Positions 1 through 10,405 of a stretch of 30,013 bases of DNA are shown piece after piece. Made by a program: the position numbers and the translations under genes. Source of the stretch: Octopus sinensis (taxonomy: Eukaryota); contig NW_021832673.1 of the NCBI RefSeq assembly GCF_006345805.1, forward strand, positions 1-30,013, read 5' to 3'. Under the pieces are notes generated by a model, which ran no database searches, had not been told where the DNA came from, and saw nothing but the letters and a program-made list of their open reading frames with translations. The stretch's first letter is position 1, and each line of letters begins with the position of its first letter.

Positions 1-24
1 GCCTGTCGGTCACGTGATCACGTG

Positions 25-25
<1 letters not shown>
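1..25 (+). mobile_element. 3' tail of SINE family A (truncated by window edge)
   Basis: gcctgtcggtcacgtgatcacgtga is the near reverse complement of 469-494, the tail of the minus-strand SINE at 469-780; followed by (TA)n. Confidence 0.75.
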
Positions 26-87
<62 letters not shown>

Positions 88-95
88 CATATATA

Positions 96-412
96 CACGA
101 GGTGGTAATCAAAAGGTTTCCGGACTAGTTATGTTTACTTGCAGACTTCCGTCTTGTCCCCAAGATGAAAACACAGCTCAAAGGTCACCGTTTTAACACT
201 ATTTTCGAGATCCAGAGCGAATCGCAGAAGGTCCTCTCGACTCCATTACGGAGAACGACTTCCAAACCGGATTCCAAAAGTGACAGGAACGCTGGGACCG
301 GTGTATTGCAGTGTAAGGTGACTATTTCGTAGGAGATTCTATTAAAACTTAGTTAATTATGTTACATTTTATTAACATCAACTAGTCCGGAAACTTTTGA
401 TACCACCTCGTG
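96..412 (+). mobile_element. Mariner-type MITE / internally deleted mariner
   Basis: ~35-bp TIRs (cacgaggtggtaatcaaaaggtttccggactagtt / aactagtccggaaacttttgataccacctcgtg) flanked by TA at 94-95 and 413-414. The interior encodes a decayed mariner transposase C-terminus (PKMKTQLKGHRF...FQK*QERWDRCIAV*GDYF). Confidence 0.9.
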
Positions 413-468
413 TATTATATGTATATATATATATATTATATATATATATATATAATATTATATATATA

Positions 469-780
469 TCACGTGATCACGTGACCGACCAGGCTACCAG
501 ATGTTGCTACACATCGCTGGTCACAATGCGCTTCGCATTGTTTTTTTTGCCTTCAAATGACGTCACCCCGCTGGCTAAGCGAGCAGGCCAACTGAAGAAA
601 GAGTGAGAGAAAAGTGTCGCGAAAGAGTACAACAGGGATCGCCACCATCCCCTGCTGGAGCCTTGTGGAGCTTTAGATGTTTTCGCTCAATAAACACTCA
701 CAACGCCCGGTCTGGGAATCGAAACCGCGATCCTACGACCGCGAGTCCTCTGCCCTAACCACTGGGCCATTGCGCCGCCA
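469..780 (-). mobile_element. tRNA-derived SINE family A, full length
   Basis: Minus strand starts tggcggcgcaatggcccagtggttagggc (A-box-like) ... ggtttcgattcccagacc (B-box-like) and ends in tcacgtgatcacgtga + (TA)n. A related copy lies at 29148-29478. Confidence 0.85.
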
Positions 781-790
781 CTTATAAAGC

Positions 791-852
791 CGGAAGAAAT
801 GCCGCTAAGCAATTTTCCCGGTACGGTAACGATTCTGACAGCTCATCGCCTT
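791..852 (-). mobile_element. SINE family B head fragment
   Basis: Matches the head (ggcgagctggcagaa..gttagc..gcttagcggcatttc) of copies at 19497-19729 and 28851-29080. Confidence 0.65.
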
Positions 853-879
853 ATATATATATATATATATATATACAAG

Positions 880-1412
880 GTGCGGAAGCCGTTTTTTGCG
901 AAAAACTTACGTGCTTCTTCACATTCCACAGATCCGGTCGCTTCCGTGAATGTCCTCCCTCAAACGCTTGAAAACGTCGCAGTAGAACTCTCGATTGACG
1001 GTCTGGCCCGGGGGAACGAATTCTTGATGCGAAGGTCTTCTAGATCGCTTATCGTCTTCCAGGGACGTTCTTCCGCTTTTGAAGCGCCCTTGTCACCCGA
1101 AACATTGCGTTCGACCCATTTGCCTCGTCGCCCGTAAGCTTGCTGAAGCATGCTCAATGTCTCTGTAGCAGACTTCCCAAGTTCAACGCAAAATTTCACG
1201 TTGGCTCTTTCTTCCAAGTTCCTGTCCATGACAAAAATTGCATACACGTGATCACAAAAACACAAATTTCACAACCTGCCAAGTAAACACAGCGATGTCA
1301 CTCGGCACACTGTCTCATGAAGGTCACTGCAAGCGCTCACTGCGCAGAAAACCGCGTGCTGCAATCTGTTGACGCGCTACAAAACTAGTCCAGTCTGGTG
1401 TCTTTTCTACCG
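880..1412 (-). mobile_element. Internally deleted mariner transposase remnant
   Basis: Minus strand encodes MDRNLEERANVKFCVELGKSATETLSMLQQAYG (mariner HTH N-terminus), RTSLEDDKRS, then after a deletion HQEFVPPGQTVNREFYCDVFKRLRED..RKRPDLW. ggactagtt near 1384-1392 resembles the inner TIR of 96-412. Boundaries approximate. Confidence 0.85.
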
Positions 1413-1600
1413 GAATTTTTTTGCCGAAACGCTTGCGCATGGGGACGCAAACAAACCAGCACCAGTTATCAAGCGGTAATGGGTAACAAGCATAAACAAA
1501 GACATACATGCATGCATGCATACATACACACATACATACTTACATACATACATGCATGCATGCATGCATGCATACATATATACATAGGTACGTACATACA

Positions 1601-1667
1601 TTCTACTATAGCCTCGAGCTGATCAAAGCCTTGTGAGTAGATTTGGTAGGTGGAAACTGAAAGAAGC

Positions 1668-1706
<39 letters not shown>

Positions 1707-1781
1707 GTATATGTGTGTATGTATATATATGTATATATATATATATTATATAATATATATATAATATATATATATATATAA

Positions 1782-1814
<33 letters not shown>

Positions 1815-2054
1815 GTATGCATGTATATGTATATATTTGTGTGTATATGTGTGCATGTCTCTCACCATCACTTGACAATCGATGCTGGTGTGTTCATGTC
1901 CTCGTATCTTAGCGGTTCGGCAAAAAGGACGATAGAATAATTATTAGGCTTACTAAGAATAAGGCCTAGGGTCGATTTCTTCGACTAAAACCCTTTAAGG
2001 CTGTGCTCCAGCATGGCCGCAGTCAAATGACTGAAACAAGTAAAAGAATAAAAA
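1601..2054 (+). mobile_element. Bipartite SINE (part C + internal microsatellite + part E), 5' truncated
   Basis: 1601-1669 matches the C part (ttctactatagcctcg...gaaactgaaagaagccc); a (TA)n-rich spacer follows; 1861-2054 matches the E part (cttgacaa..gctggtgtgtt...gcatggccgcagtcaaatgactgaaacaagtaaaagaataaaa). Same order at 21261-21663 (-) and 25857-26365 (+). Confidence 0.8.
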
Positions 2055-2229
2055 AATAAAATAATTCATACGTACGACGTGATTCTCTCAGTTTCCGCCC
2101 ACAAATTTCATTTATAAGGGGCTCTATCAAAAAACATTTGCCTTAGGTGCTGCGTAATCGGATTGAACTCGAAACCAATGCGGTTCAAGTGCGAACTTCT
2201 TAGCCACGAACACGTTATGAGTGATTCTG

Positions 2230-3016
2230 GTGTTGGTGGTCGTTGTTGGAGTGTAGTAGGGATGGTGTTGATAGCGGCAGGTTCGGTGGTGATGGTGGCG
2301 TCGTTGGCGACTGTGGTGGTGCGACGTTGACGATGGAGGGGGTTGCTGGTGAGGATGGTTGTGTTGGCGATGTTGGCGACGGTGGTGGCGGCGGCGTTGG
2401 TGACGGCCTTGGTGGTGGTGGTGGAGTTGGTGACGGTGCTGACGGCGACGTTGACGGCTGTGGTAGGCGGCGGCGGTGTTGGTGTGGCGACGTCGGCGAC
2501 GGTGTTGGTGTGGCGACGTTGGCGACGGTGTTGGTGTGGCGACGTTGGTGACGGTGGTGGAGGCGTGGGCAACGGTGGTGGCGGCGGCGGCGACATTGAC
2601 GATGGAGGTGTTGTTGATGGGGATGGTTGCGTTGGTGATGGTGGGGATGGTAGCGGCGGGCGGCGGTGCTTGTGGTGATGATGATGGTGGTGGTGCTATT
2701 GGTGGTGGTGGTTGGTGGTGGTGATCGTGATTGTAATGACGATTTGTAGTGGAGGTGGTAGTATCGGTGGTGCTGAAGCCGGCAGTGGTTGTAGTTTGAG
2801 GCTGGTGGTTGTGGTTAGAGGCTGATTGCAGTGATTATTGCCAGCGGTGGTTGCGGTGACAATGGTGGCGGTTATGGATGTTGTGTTGTCGTGATGGTGA
2901 TAGTAGTGGCGGTGGTGGTGGTGGTGGTGGTAGTGGTGGCAGTGGCGGTGACAGCGTTTATGGGTAGTGAAGGTGGTATGCTATTGTAATAACGGTGGTG
3001 GTGGTGGTGGAGGTGG
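2230..3016. repeat. GGT/GGC-rich low-complexity tract with a 26-bp x3 tandem unit
   Basis: Degenerate (GGT)n. The unit ggtgttggtgtggcgacgttggcgac starts at 2475, 2501 and 2527. Confidence 0.9.
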
Positions 3017-3194
3017 AGCTTGCCAACAAATAATATTACTTCGTGATGTAGCTACAATCGGTATGTACCCGGTGACCTTTTCGGCAAAATGTCCTGGAAA
3101 CATCAGTTAGGCTACAGAGACTTGAACACATAACATTTAAAAGGTGCACCCCGCGTCTACTTTAGTCAGTGGCACTCACATACGCACAAACACA

Positions 3195-3256
3195 CTTGCA
3201 AATCCACCCGTATGTATGTGTGTACGTATGAATGTTTGCGTGCATATGTGTATTGT

Positions 3257-3300
<44 letters not shown>

Positions 3301-3310
3301 CTGCGTGTGG

Positions 3311-3345
<35 letters not shown>

Positions 3346-3502
3346 TGTATGTATATGTTTGTATGTGCGTATCTACATGTGTGTGTTTGTGAATGTGTAA
3401 TTTATGTATATTTGCACACACGCACACACACATGTATAGACCCACATATGTATAAATTTATATATATATATATAAATATATATAATAATATTATATATAT
3501 AT

Positions 3503-3540
<38 letters not shown>

Positions 3541-3552
3541 AATTTTATATAT

Positions 3553-3585
<33 letters not shown>

Positions 3586-4324
3586 AATTTATATATTATA
3601 TTTATATATATATAAATTTATATATATATATCTGTATATACACGAAAATACAGAGATAAATATGTTTGTGCGATATGTATGTGTGTGTGTGTGTATGTGT
3701 GTGCGTGTGTGTATAGATTGATAGACAGGGAGAAGAGGAGAGAGAAGAGAGAGAGGAGAGAGAGAGAGAGAGAAGAGAGAAAGAGAGAGAGAGAGGAAGA
3801 TATAGAAAGATATATATACATTTGTATGTATACGAATATATATGTATACGAATATATATGTATATATATATACGCATATATACACATGACACGCGCACAC
3901 GTACACACAGATGCGCGTGCCTGGTCTCTCTAGCTGTGCGTGACAGTGTCTAGTTGTGCATGTGCATATGCAGATATAAATGCATTTGAAATGTGCATAT
4001 ATAGATATCTTGATTTTCGTACACAAACAAGCGCACGCGCATGTGTGCGTGTATAAATGCTCAAAAGCATTTAAATCCAAACATGTATGTAGATATATAC
4101 ACATGTGTGTACATTTATTATATACATTTCGAAAAGATTTAGATTTAAGTTAAAGCATGTGCGTGTGTGTGTGTGTGTGTATGTGTGTGCGTGTATATGT
4201 GTGTGTGCGTGTGTGTATAAACATAAAGAGAGAGAGAGAGCGAGTCAGACTGAGGGAGGCGAAAGAGAATGTGTATGTGTATGTATCTGTATGTGAGTGT
4301 ACATGTGTGTCTCTGCGTGCGTCC

Positions 4325-4356
<32 letters not shown>

Positions 4357-4700
4357 TTATTCGAGTTGTGTGTGTCAGATAACTCATTCCTTTGTCAGCG
4401 CCTAACTACGCCCTCCCTATATTATTTCGTAATTAAACATTCTTTCGCCTCGACTCACTCACATACACACACACATACACACACACACACACACACACTC
4501 ATGCACCCCCTCACTCACTCTCTCTGTCTCTGTCTCTCTGTCTCTCTCTCTCTTATGCACACATTCAAACATGCGCACACATTTCAATGACATCTTCCCT
4601 GTCTTCGTCTCCTATTCTTTCTCATCTCCATCTCCTCTCACACATCCCATCATTTGTCTTCCTTTGTCTTCCCCCTCACACTTGCCTCTTTCCTTTCCTC

Positions 4701-4743
<43 letters not shown>

Positions 4744-4775
4744 GTCTCTCTCTCTGTCTCTCTCTCTCTCCTACT
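3195..4775. repeat. Compound microsatellite field (TG/CA, TA, GA, TCTG)
   Basis: Consecutive (TG)n, (TA)n, (GA)n, (CA)n and (TCTG)n arrays directly visible. Confidence 0.95.
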
Positions 4776-5007
4776 TCCACCATCCGAACAGATTTTACCA
4801 ACCGTTGTGTGTCTAAGCCGATTACACACTAAAACCAGCTCGTATTTCTTATGACAATGGCAATTTTGGAGAAATGGCTTCGTTCGTATTGCTGTGGAAT
4901 AACAATAACAAGTATAAAAAAAGCAATAATAACAATAATAATAAATAATATCAATAATATTAATAATATTGATGATGATGATAATAATAATGATGATGAT
5001 ACTACTA

Positions 5008-5041
<34 letters not shown>

Positions 5042-5061
5042 ACTGCTAATAATAATAATAA

Positions 5062-5200
5062 TAATAATGGTTTCAAATTTTTTCCACAAGGGCAGCCATT
5101 CTGGGGTAGGAGATGTGTCGATTACATCGACCCCAGTGTTCAACTGGTACTTATTTTATCGAACCTGAAAGGATGAAAGGTAAAATCGACCGCGGCGGAA
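5062..5200 (-). mobile_element. SINE family B partial copy (tail type with (AAT)n end)
   Basis: Contains cgattacatcgaccccagtgttcaactggtacttattttatcga..aaggatgaaagg, shared with other B copies; flanked by (AAT)n. Confidence 0.8.
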
Positions 5201-5202
5201 TA

Positions 5203-5257
<55 letters not shown>

Positions 5258-5261
5258 CTGT

Positions 5262-5328
<67 letters not shown>
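5201..5328. repeat. (AAT)n-(GAT)n microsatellite
   Basis: Directly visible; explains the poly-N/poly-D in ORF 5113-5616. Confidence 0.95.
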
Positions 5329-5329
<1 letters not shown>

Positions 5330-5339
5330 CATGTAGAAC

Positions 5340-5856
5340 TGTGCTTAAGACCTCCATAACAGCAATGAACAAGTACTTGTCTAGTAAAGAGGACTGGATG
5401 CTGCGGCTTGTGTGCAAACATGAAAGCAGCAAAAATTCATATTCTATTGTCAAGGATGCTTGCAAATTCAAAAGGGAATTTGGCATTAACCATGGATTAG
5501 ATAAAGAGCCTGAAACCACTGTCACCAAACAAGCAAAACGGATCAAGCAGACTGCCATAAAGAAGGGGCGGAAAGAAATTGAGGAGCGGTGGATCCAGAA
5601 GCCCCTGCATGGATAATATATTCTTCAAAATCGAAATGCTGATGTAGACCAAGTAACAACCCATCAGTGGCTGAGAAGTTCAGGACTGAAAGCAGAGACT
5701 GAAGGTTTCATATTGGTGGCACAAGATCAAAGCTTGCTTACCAGAAAGTACCAGGCTAACGTTCTTCAAAACTCTTCCGACCCTAACTGCAGATTATGCG
5801 TCACATTCGATGAAAATATAACTTCTCGTGATATCCTGTGCTGACACCAAACGAAT
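5340..5856 (+). pseudogene. R4/Dong-clade LINE fragment (post-RT region to zinc knuckle)
   Basis: Reads KYLSSKEDWMLRLV...WIQKPLHG*Y...VDQVTTHQWLRSSGLKAETEGFILVAQDQSLLTRKYQ...DPNCRLC...PVLTPNEYK, the typical KxLHG / ETEGFIxAAQDQ / CRxC pattern of R4-Dong elements. Confidence 0.8.
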
Positions 5857-5919
5857 ACAAAAAACGAATACAAAAATCCTGAGCCAGTCGTTCGAGGTAA
5901 AAAAGTCACTATCTTCTGA

Positions 5920-6305
5920 GATTATACGGTCAGTTCGACCAGGAAACATCATGGGGTTGGTTCAGCAAGGGTGACCTAGAGAAGAACACTGAAAGCCTGA
6001 TCATAGCTGCCCAGGGTCAAGCATTGAATACTAACTTAGTGAAACGGAATATATACCACACAAGTGCAACGAACCTCTGTAGAATGTCTGGGAAGTGGGT
6101 CGAAAGCGTGACGTGCATTGTTAGTGCTTGTGAAAGTCTTGCGAAGAAAGAGTGAAAGCACAGGCACGACAAGGTAGCCCAAAACCTTCACTGGAAACTA
6201 TGTATGCCGGAAATATGGATACAAGGTAACGGGTGCTTGATACCAACATATACCGGAAAAGGTAATGGATGAAAAGGTGAAGGCAAAACTCCTCTTGGAC
6301 TTTTG
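5920..6305 (+). pseudogene. Second, divergent R4/Dong-clade LINE fragment
   Basis: LYGQF..DQETSWGWFSKGDLEKNTESLIIAAQGQALNT...CRM...ESVTCIVSACESLAKKE*KHRHDKVAQNLHWKLC..KYG...HIPEKV..KAKLLLDF, with stops and frameshifts. Confidence 0.8.
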
Positions 6306-6329
6306 ACTTCCTAACAGACAAGATGTTAT

Positions 6330-6410
6330 AGGTATAAATACGCTAGCCGTTCCAGTTATTAACCGCTGTTTGAATATAATAAACTGGAGGCAGATGGAAA
6401 AATGTAGGCG
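6330..6410 (+). pseudogene. Short R4/Dong RT C-terminal fragment
   Basis: GINTLAVPVINRCLNIINW resembles the AINxxAVPVxxYSFGIINW motif at the end of R4-type RT. Confidence 0.5.
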
Positions 6411-6599
6411 ACAGACAGCGTTCTGAGATGGCCAGCTCAGAGGAGATATGAACAAAGTATACATAGCAACAGAGTGGAAAACAGATAAGCTTAATATAGA
6501 AATTCGCTATGTGGTTGCGCGGCACCTTGAGTTGTTGAGATGGAAATAGCGCGGAAGCTCTTCTTTATTTTTTTTTTATTTTTCAAAATGTAACCACAT

Positions 6600-6760
6600 A
6601 TGAAACGTTGACGATTTTCTTCCTCCGTCTTCCTTTCTATTGGTCTTTCCTCTGTTTCTGAAGAAGAACGTCTGCTCGAAACGTAAAACCATCTTTCTTT
6701 CCTTCCCTGAGCGTCTGCTAATACTTTACATGTACCACGTCCTCGTGTTGTTGTTTATGT
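6600..6760 (+). mobile_element. Hammerhead-bearing repeat A1 (Penelope pLTR/retrozyme-like relic)
   Basis: Shares gctcgaaacgt...cctgagcg(t/c)ct..taata...acgtcctc with 21790-22140 (-). Penelope assignment is an inference; no Penelope ORF is seen. Boundaries approximate. Confidence 0.55.
6654..6689 (+). ncRNA. Minimal type I hammerhead ribozyme motif (repeat family A1)
   Basis: GUUU-CUGAAGA-A-GAAC-gucu-GCUC-GAAA-CG-UA-AAAC. Stem I GUUU/AAAC, complete core with an extra A after A9, stem II 3 of 4 pairs, palindromic ACGU stem III, GUA cleavage triplet. Confidence 0.65.
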
Positions 6761-6822
6761 GTGCGTTTGTTTTTCTTTTTGCTTGGATTTACTCTGTGTG
6801 TGTGTGTCTGTGTCTGTGCGTG

Positions 6823-6854
<32 letters not shown>

Positions 6855-6896
6855 GTGTGTATGTGTATGTGTGTGTGCATGCGTGCTTGCGTTTGT

Positions 6897-7080
6897 CCCC
6901 TCACTGCTTGACATCGGTGTAGGTCTGTTTGCATCTTAAAGGTTCGGCAAAAGTGTGCAATAGAATAAGTATCGAACTTAAAAATAAGTTCTAAAGTTGT
7001 TTTGCTCGATTAAAAATATTTCAAGGCAGTGCCTCAGCATGGTCGCAGTCAAATGACTGAAAGAAGTAAAAGAATAAAGG
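6897..7080 (+). mobile_element. SINE part E
   Basis: Matches 1861-2054; preceded by (TG)n. Confidence 0.8.
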
Positions 7081-7433
7081 ATAAAAAAAAAAAAAACAGC
7101 CATAAAGTACAAAGCAGAAACAAATAAATTTAGATAACAAAGTGCGTGCGCACTCATACGCATTAATGTATATAAAATATATTTATTTTAATATATTTAT
7201 ATATATTTAAATATTTTAATATATTTATATATATTTAAATCATTTATTTATTTCAAATTGTTCATCTTTCTCCACCCTCTCTTTCACACACACATTACTT
7301 TGGGCGCGAAAGAGTTTTGTTTTTATTTTATGCCGAGGGAAAAAGTGTTTTGTTGAGAATCCATTTATTTACCAGCATAGAAACAGAGAGGTAGGTAACA
7401 ATTTGTCAGTGAATTACACAATATAAATGGGTA

Positions 7434-7862
7434 AAATTTCCGAGGCTCCTCCACATCACACCACGCCCCAATTCTCGGACCTCAAAAAGGGCTTTGTAGC
7501 ATATTAGGAAGCCAGGGTAGTTGATTTCACGCCAAAAATCCGATTTTTTTTTCCTAATGAAAATCGTGCGAGTGTTATCTAAAAATTTGCCTGGAGTTTT
7601 TCATGGTTAATTTGAGATTAAAAACGAATGTTTTCCATATTTTTAATCTCCGTATTTTCCCACGTACATTGAAAAATAGATGGTGAAAAGATCAATGGGT
7701 ATGGGGAGTGAAATTTCCGAGGCTTCCATCACACCCCACCCTGATTTTTCGGACCACGAAAAGGGTTTTGTAGCATATTAGGAAGCTAGGGTAGTTAATT
7801 CCACTCAAAAAATCCGATTTTTATTCTTAGTGAAAATCGTGCAAGTGTTAATCTAGAAATTT
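7434..7862. repeat. Two ~150-bp direct repeats (7434-7588, 7711-7862), probably Helitron-internal
   Basis: Both copies read aaatttccgaggct...aaggg.tttgtagcatattaggaagc.agggtagtt...aaaaatccgattttt...tgaaaatcgtgc.agtgtta. Confidence 0.8.
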
Positions 7863-7959
7863 AATCTAAAACCTTTTTTCCATTGATTTTTGTTTATGAA
7901 ATTCTCTGTACGTAATTTTGCTTTCTCGGTGGTCAAGGCAAACGATGACGGGTAAAGCA

Positions 7960-9992
7960 ACAGTGCCCTAATGCTAACATTGGATACAATGACCTGATCT
8001 ACAATAATGCGCTGATTGAAATCGAGGATCCCCTGCTCAAAATGGGTGGGGAAGCGTGGAACACATTCGGTTTGCAATCCTCATTGCGACAGGACGTTAA
8101 CACACTCCCACCGAAGTTACTTTTGGAGTTGTCGTATGACGCGGATGGCCTTGCGGAGTACTTGAGAGTAAATGAACCGAAATTGCTCCCTGATCAGAGG
8201 CTGGTGTACGAAACTGTCATCATTTCCATTGAAAAACAGGCGGGCTGCATTTTTTCCTCGATGCTGCTAGAGGTACTGGCAAATCCTTTGTAACACAATT
8301 AATACTTAAGAATCGTCGCGAGAAACAAATTGCGCTAGCTGTTGCTTCCTCAGGAATCGCTGCTACATTATTACCGGGACGGCGCACTCGGCATTCAAAC
8401 TGCCTTTATATTTGGTGAGGGTCGCGGTTCCTACTTGCAACATTGGCAAAAATTCGGAGGAAGCTGAAGTACTTAGACAGTGCCGTCTCATAAACGTTGT
8501 TGCTGGACATTGTTGTAGAGCTGAAAACGAGGCAATTTCTACTCTTCTCCTCTGGAAGCCATCTACTCACGATACCAGAGGGCGCACACTCTCCTACCCT
8601 GATGTAATCTCCAGGGATACAGGCATCCAGCAACAGGACCTCTATAATGCTATGATGGACCGTGAAATCTGGCGTAGCATAGTGAATTCCATTGTCTCGA
8701 CCACGGTCGAACAATGATGATGATGATGCCGTCTCATTGTATGGGATGACTGTACAATGACCAATAAGGGTGCCCTTGAGGCATTGGACCGGTCACTGAA
8801 AGGTATCAGGGATTCTATGGGTGGTGTAACTGTATTCCGGCAAACCCTTCCTGTCATCCCTAAAATGAGCCTGGCTGATGAAGTGCGCGCATGCCTTAAG
8901 TCATCCACGTTGTGGCTCCAGGTTCAGACCTTAATCCTAAGCACAAACATGCGTGCGCACTTGCTTGGTGATAGCACGTCTGTAGCATTTGCTGAAGAGA
9001 TTTTAGCCCTTGGAGAAGGCAAGGTCCCTAGGAATGATAGGAGCGACATATCCATCTATGAACTGTGCAACACCGTTTGGAAACAGTGTTCCCCAATCTG
9101 GAAAGTAATTATGCAGACATCAATTGGCTCAGTGAAAGAACCACCCTGGTCAGTGCTATCAACGACCAGCTCATAAGCCGAATTCCGGGTGAGGAGCGCA
9201 TCTACAAGTCGATTGACCGGACCTCTGGCCCACAAGACATTGTCAATTACCCTATCGAGTTTCTCAACTCATTGGAGCCAGCCGGGCTTCCACCTCACAT
9301 TCTTAGGCTAAGGGTTGGATGCCCAATTATGCTAATCAGAAACTTGCTTCCGCCTAAACAGTGCAACAGGACCCGCTTAGTAATCAAGTCCCTGACGCCC
9401 CACTTGATTGAGGCCACCATTGTTACAGGGTGCAGGAGGGGTGAAAATGTTTTCATTTCAAGGATGCAGCTTTATCCCTCGGGGTCAGACATACCGTTTA
9501 ACTTCCGCAGACAGCAGTTCCCGGTGAGACCATGCTTCGTCATGTCCATCAACAAATCCCAAGGTCAAACACTATCGGTGGCAGGCATCCATTTGGGATT
9601 TTCCATTCAATCAGGATAAAAAATTGATAAACCGATTCCTTATAGGATTTCTCAATAAAATTGGCTACCATAACTTTTACCAATATTGACATATTTTGCT
9701 CAAACTTGATGCCAGCATTACTTAGGCCTCATGGGATCTTTGAATGCTTTAAGTTCCCCCCAACCAAAAAAAGAAAAAAAAAACAATCGATGAGTGGAAA
9801 TAATCGATAAACAGATTCCTTATGGGATTTCCCAATCAAATTGCCTGCAACCCATTTTCAGCCAAACGTTTGCCAATTTCAACGGATTTCGCTCAAATTT
9901 GATGTCGGTGTCACTTATTTTGGTTTGAAATAAAGTGCTTGATCACTTAATAATCCTAACTAATCCCGGGCAACGCCGGGCTATACTGCTAG
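7960..9992 (+). mobile_element. Helitron relic: fragmented PIF1-like helicase, subterminal repeats and intact 3' end
   Basis: Motifs FLDAARGTGKS, IALAVASSGIAATLLPG, LIVWDDCTM..KGALEALDRSL, QTLPVIP, NSLEPAGLPPHILRLRVGCPIMLIRNL, MSINKSQGQTL across several frameshifts. Direct repeats at ~9620-9725 and ~9800-9920. 3' hairpin cccgg-gcaacg-ccggg (9965-9980), then CTAG (9989-9992) followed by T. 5' end not located. Confidence 0.92.
8492..8726 (+). mobile_element. 5'-truncated RTE-type LINE 3' end inserted in the Helitron
   Basis: AGHCCRAENEAISTLLLWKP...LSYPDVISRDTG...DLYNAMMDREIWRSIV, a (TGA)n tail, and a perfect 11-bp TSD tgccgtctcat at 8481-8491 and 8727-8737. Removing it rejoins the helicase sequence QCRLI-VWDDCT. 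Confidence 0.88.
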
Positions 9993-10405
9993 TGAACAAT
10001 AAGATGGAAAGAAATATAAATAAAATAAAGCCGTTGTCTTAATCAAAATCCTATTTTCCAGTCTCAGTTTCCCAGCTGCAAGACTTCTATATCGACCTTT
10101 GCCTTCCACATGAAGTCTACTTGAACATGCTGGTAATTGTTTAGTAGGAGAGGAAAAGTGGTCCTGGCCTCAATCGTTTCACCCTCGTCCACCGTACAGC
10201 TGTCGCACTAAGACTCCAGCGATATCCGGGATCATTCTGCACTCATTAGCAATCGTTCTACATACGTATCCAAGTCAGCAATGATTGTATACCGGACGTG
10301 AAGGACGGAGGTCGGATTCACCCCCCCCCCCGCCGCTCTTCAAGTAGCGGCGGCAGATCCTTCAGTTGTCCATACTTTGAAGGTTAGATGCTTAACTAGC
10401 TGCCG

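Noticed and set aside
2108-2724. Pro/Thr-rich and Gly/Val-rich ORFs (mucin- or glycine-rich-like)
   Set aside because: They arise from GGT/GGC low complexity, are open in several frames on both strands, and the internal tandem unit is 26 bp, not a multiple of three.
3144-4854. Numerous YI/CV/HT/LS-repeat ORFs (also 26538-27055, 27853-28677 and elsewhere)
   Set aside because: Translations of di- and trinucleotide microsatellites.
10062-10132. Possible 71-nt exon (ttttccAG ... CTG|GTAATT; SVSQLQDFYIDLCLPHEVYLNML)
   Set aside because: No recognisable homology and no partner exons; such splice-like pairs are common by chance.
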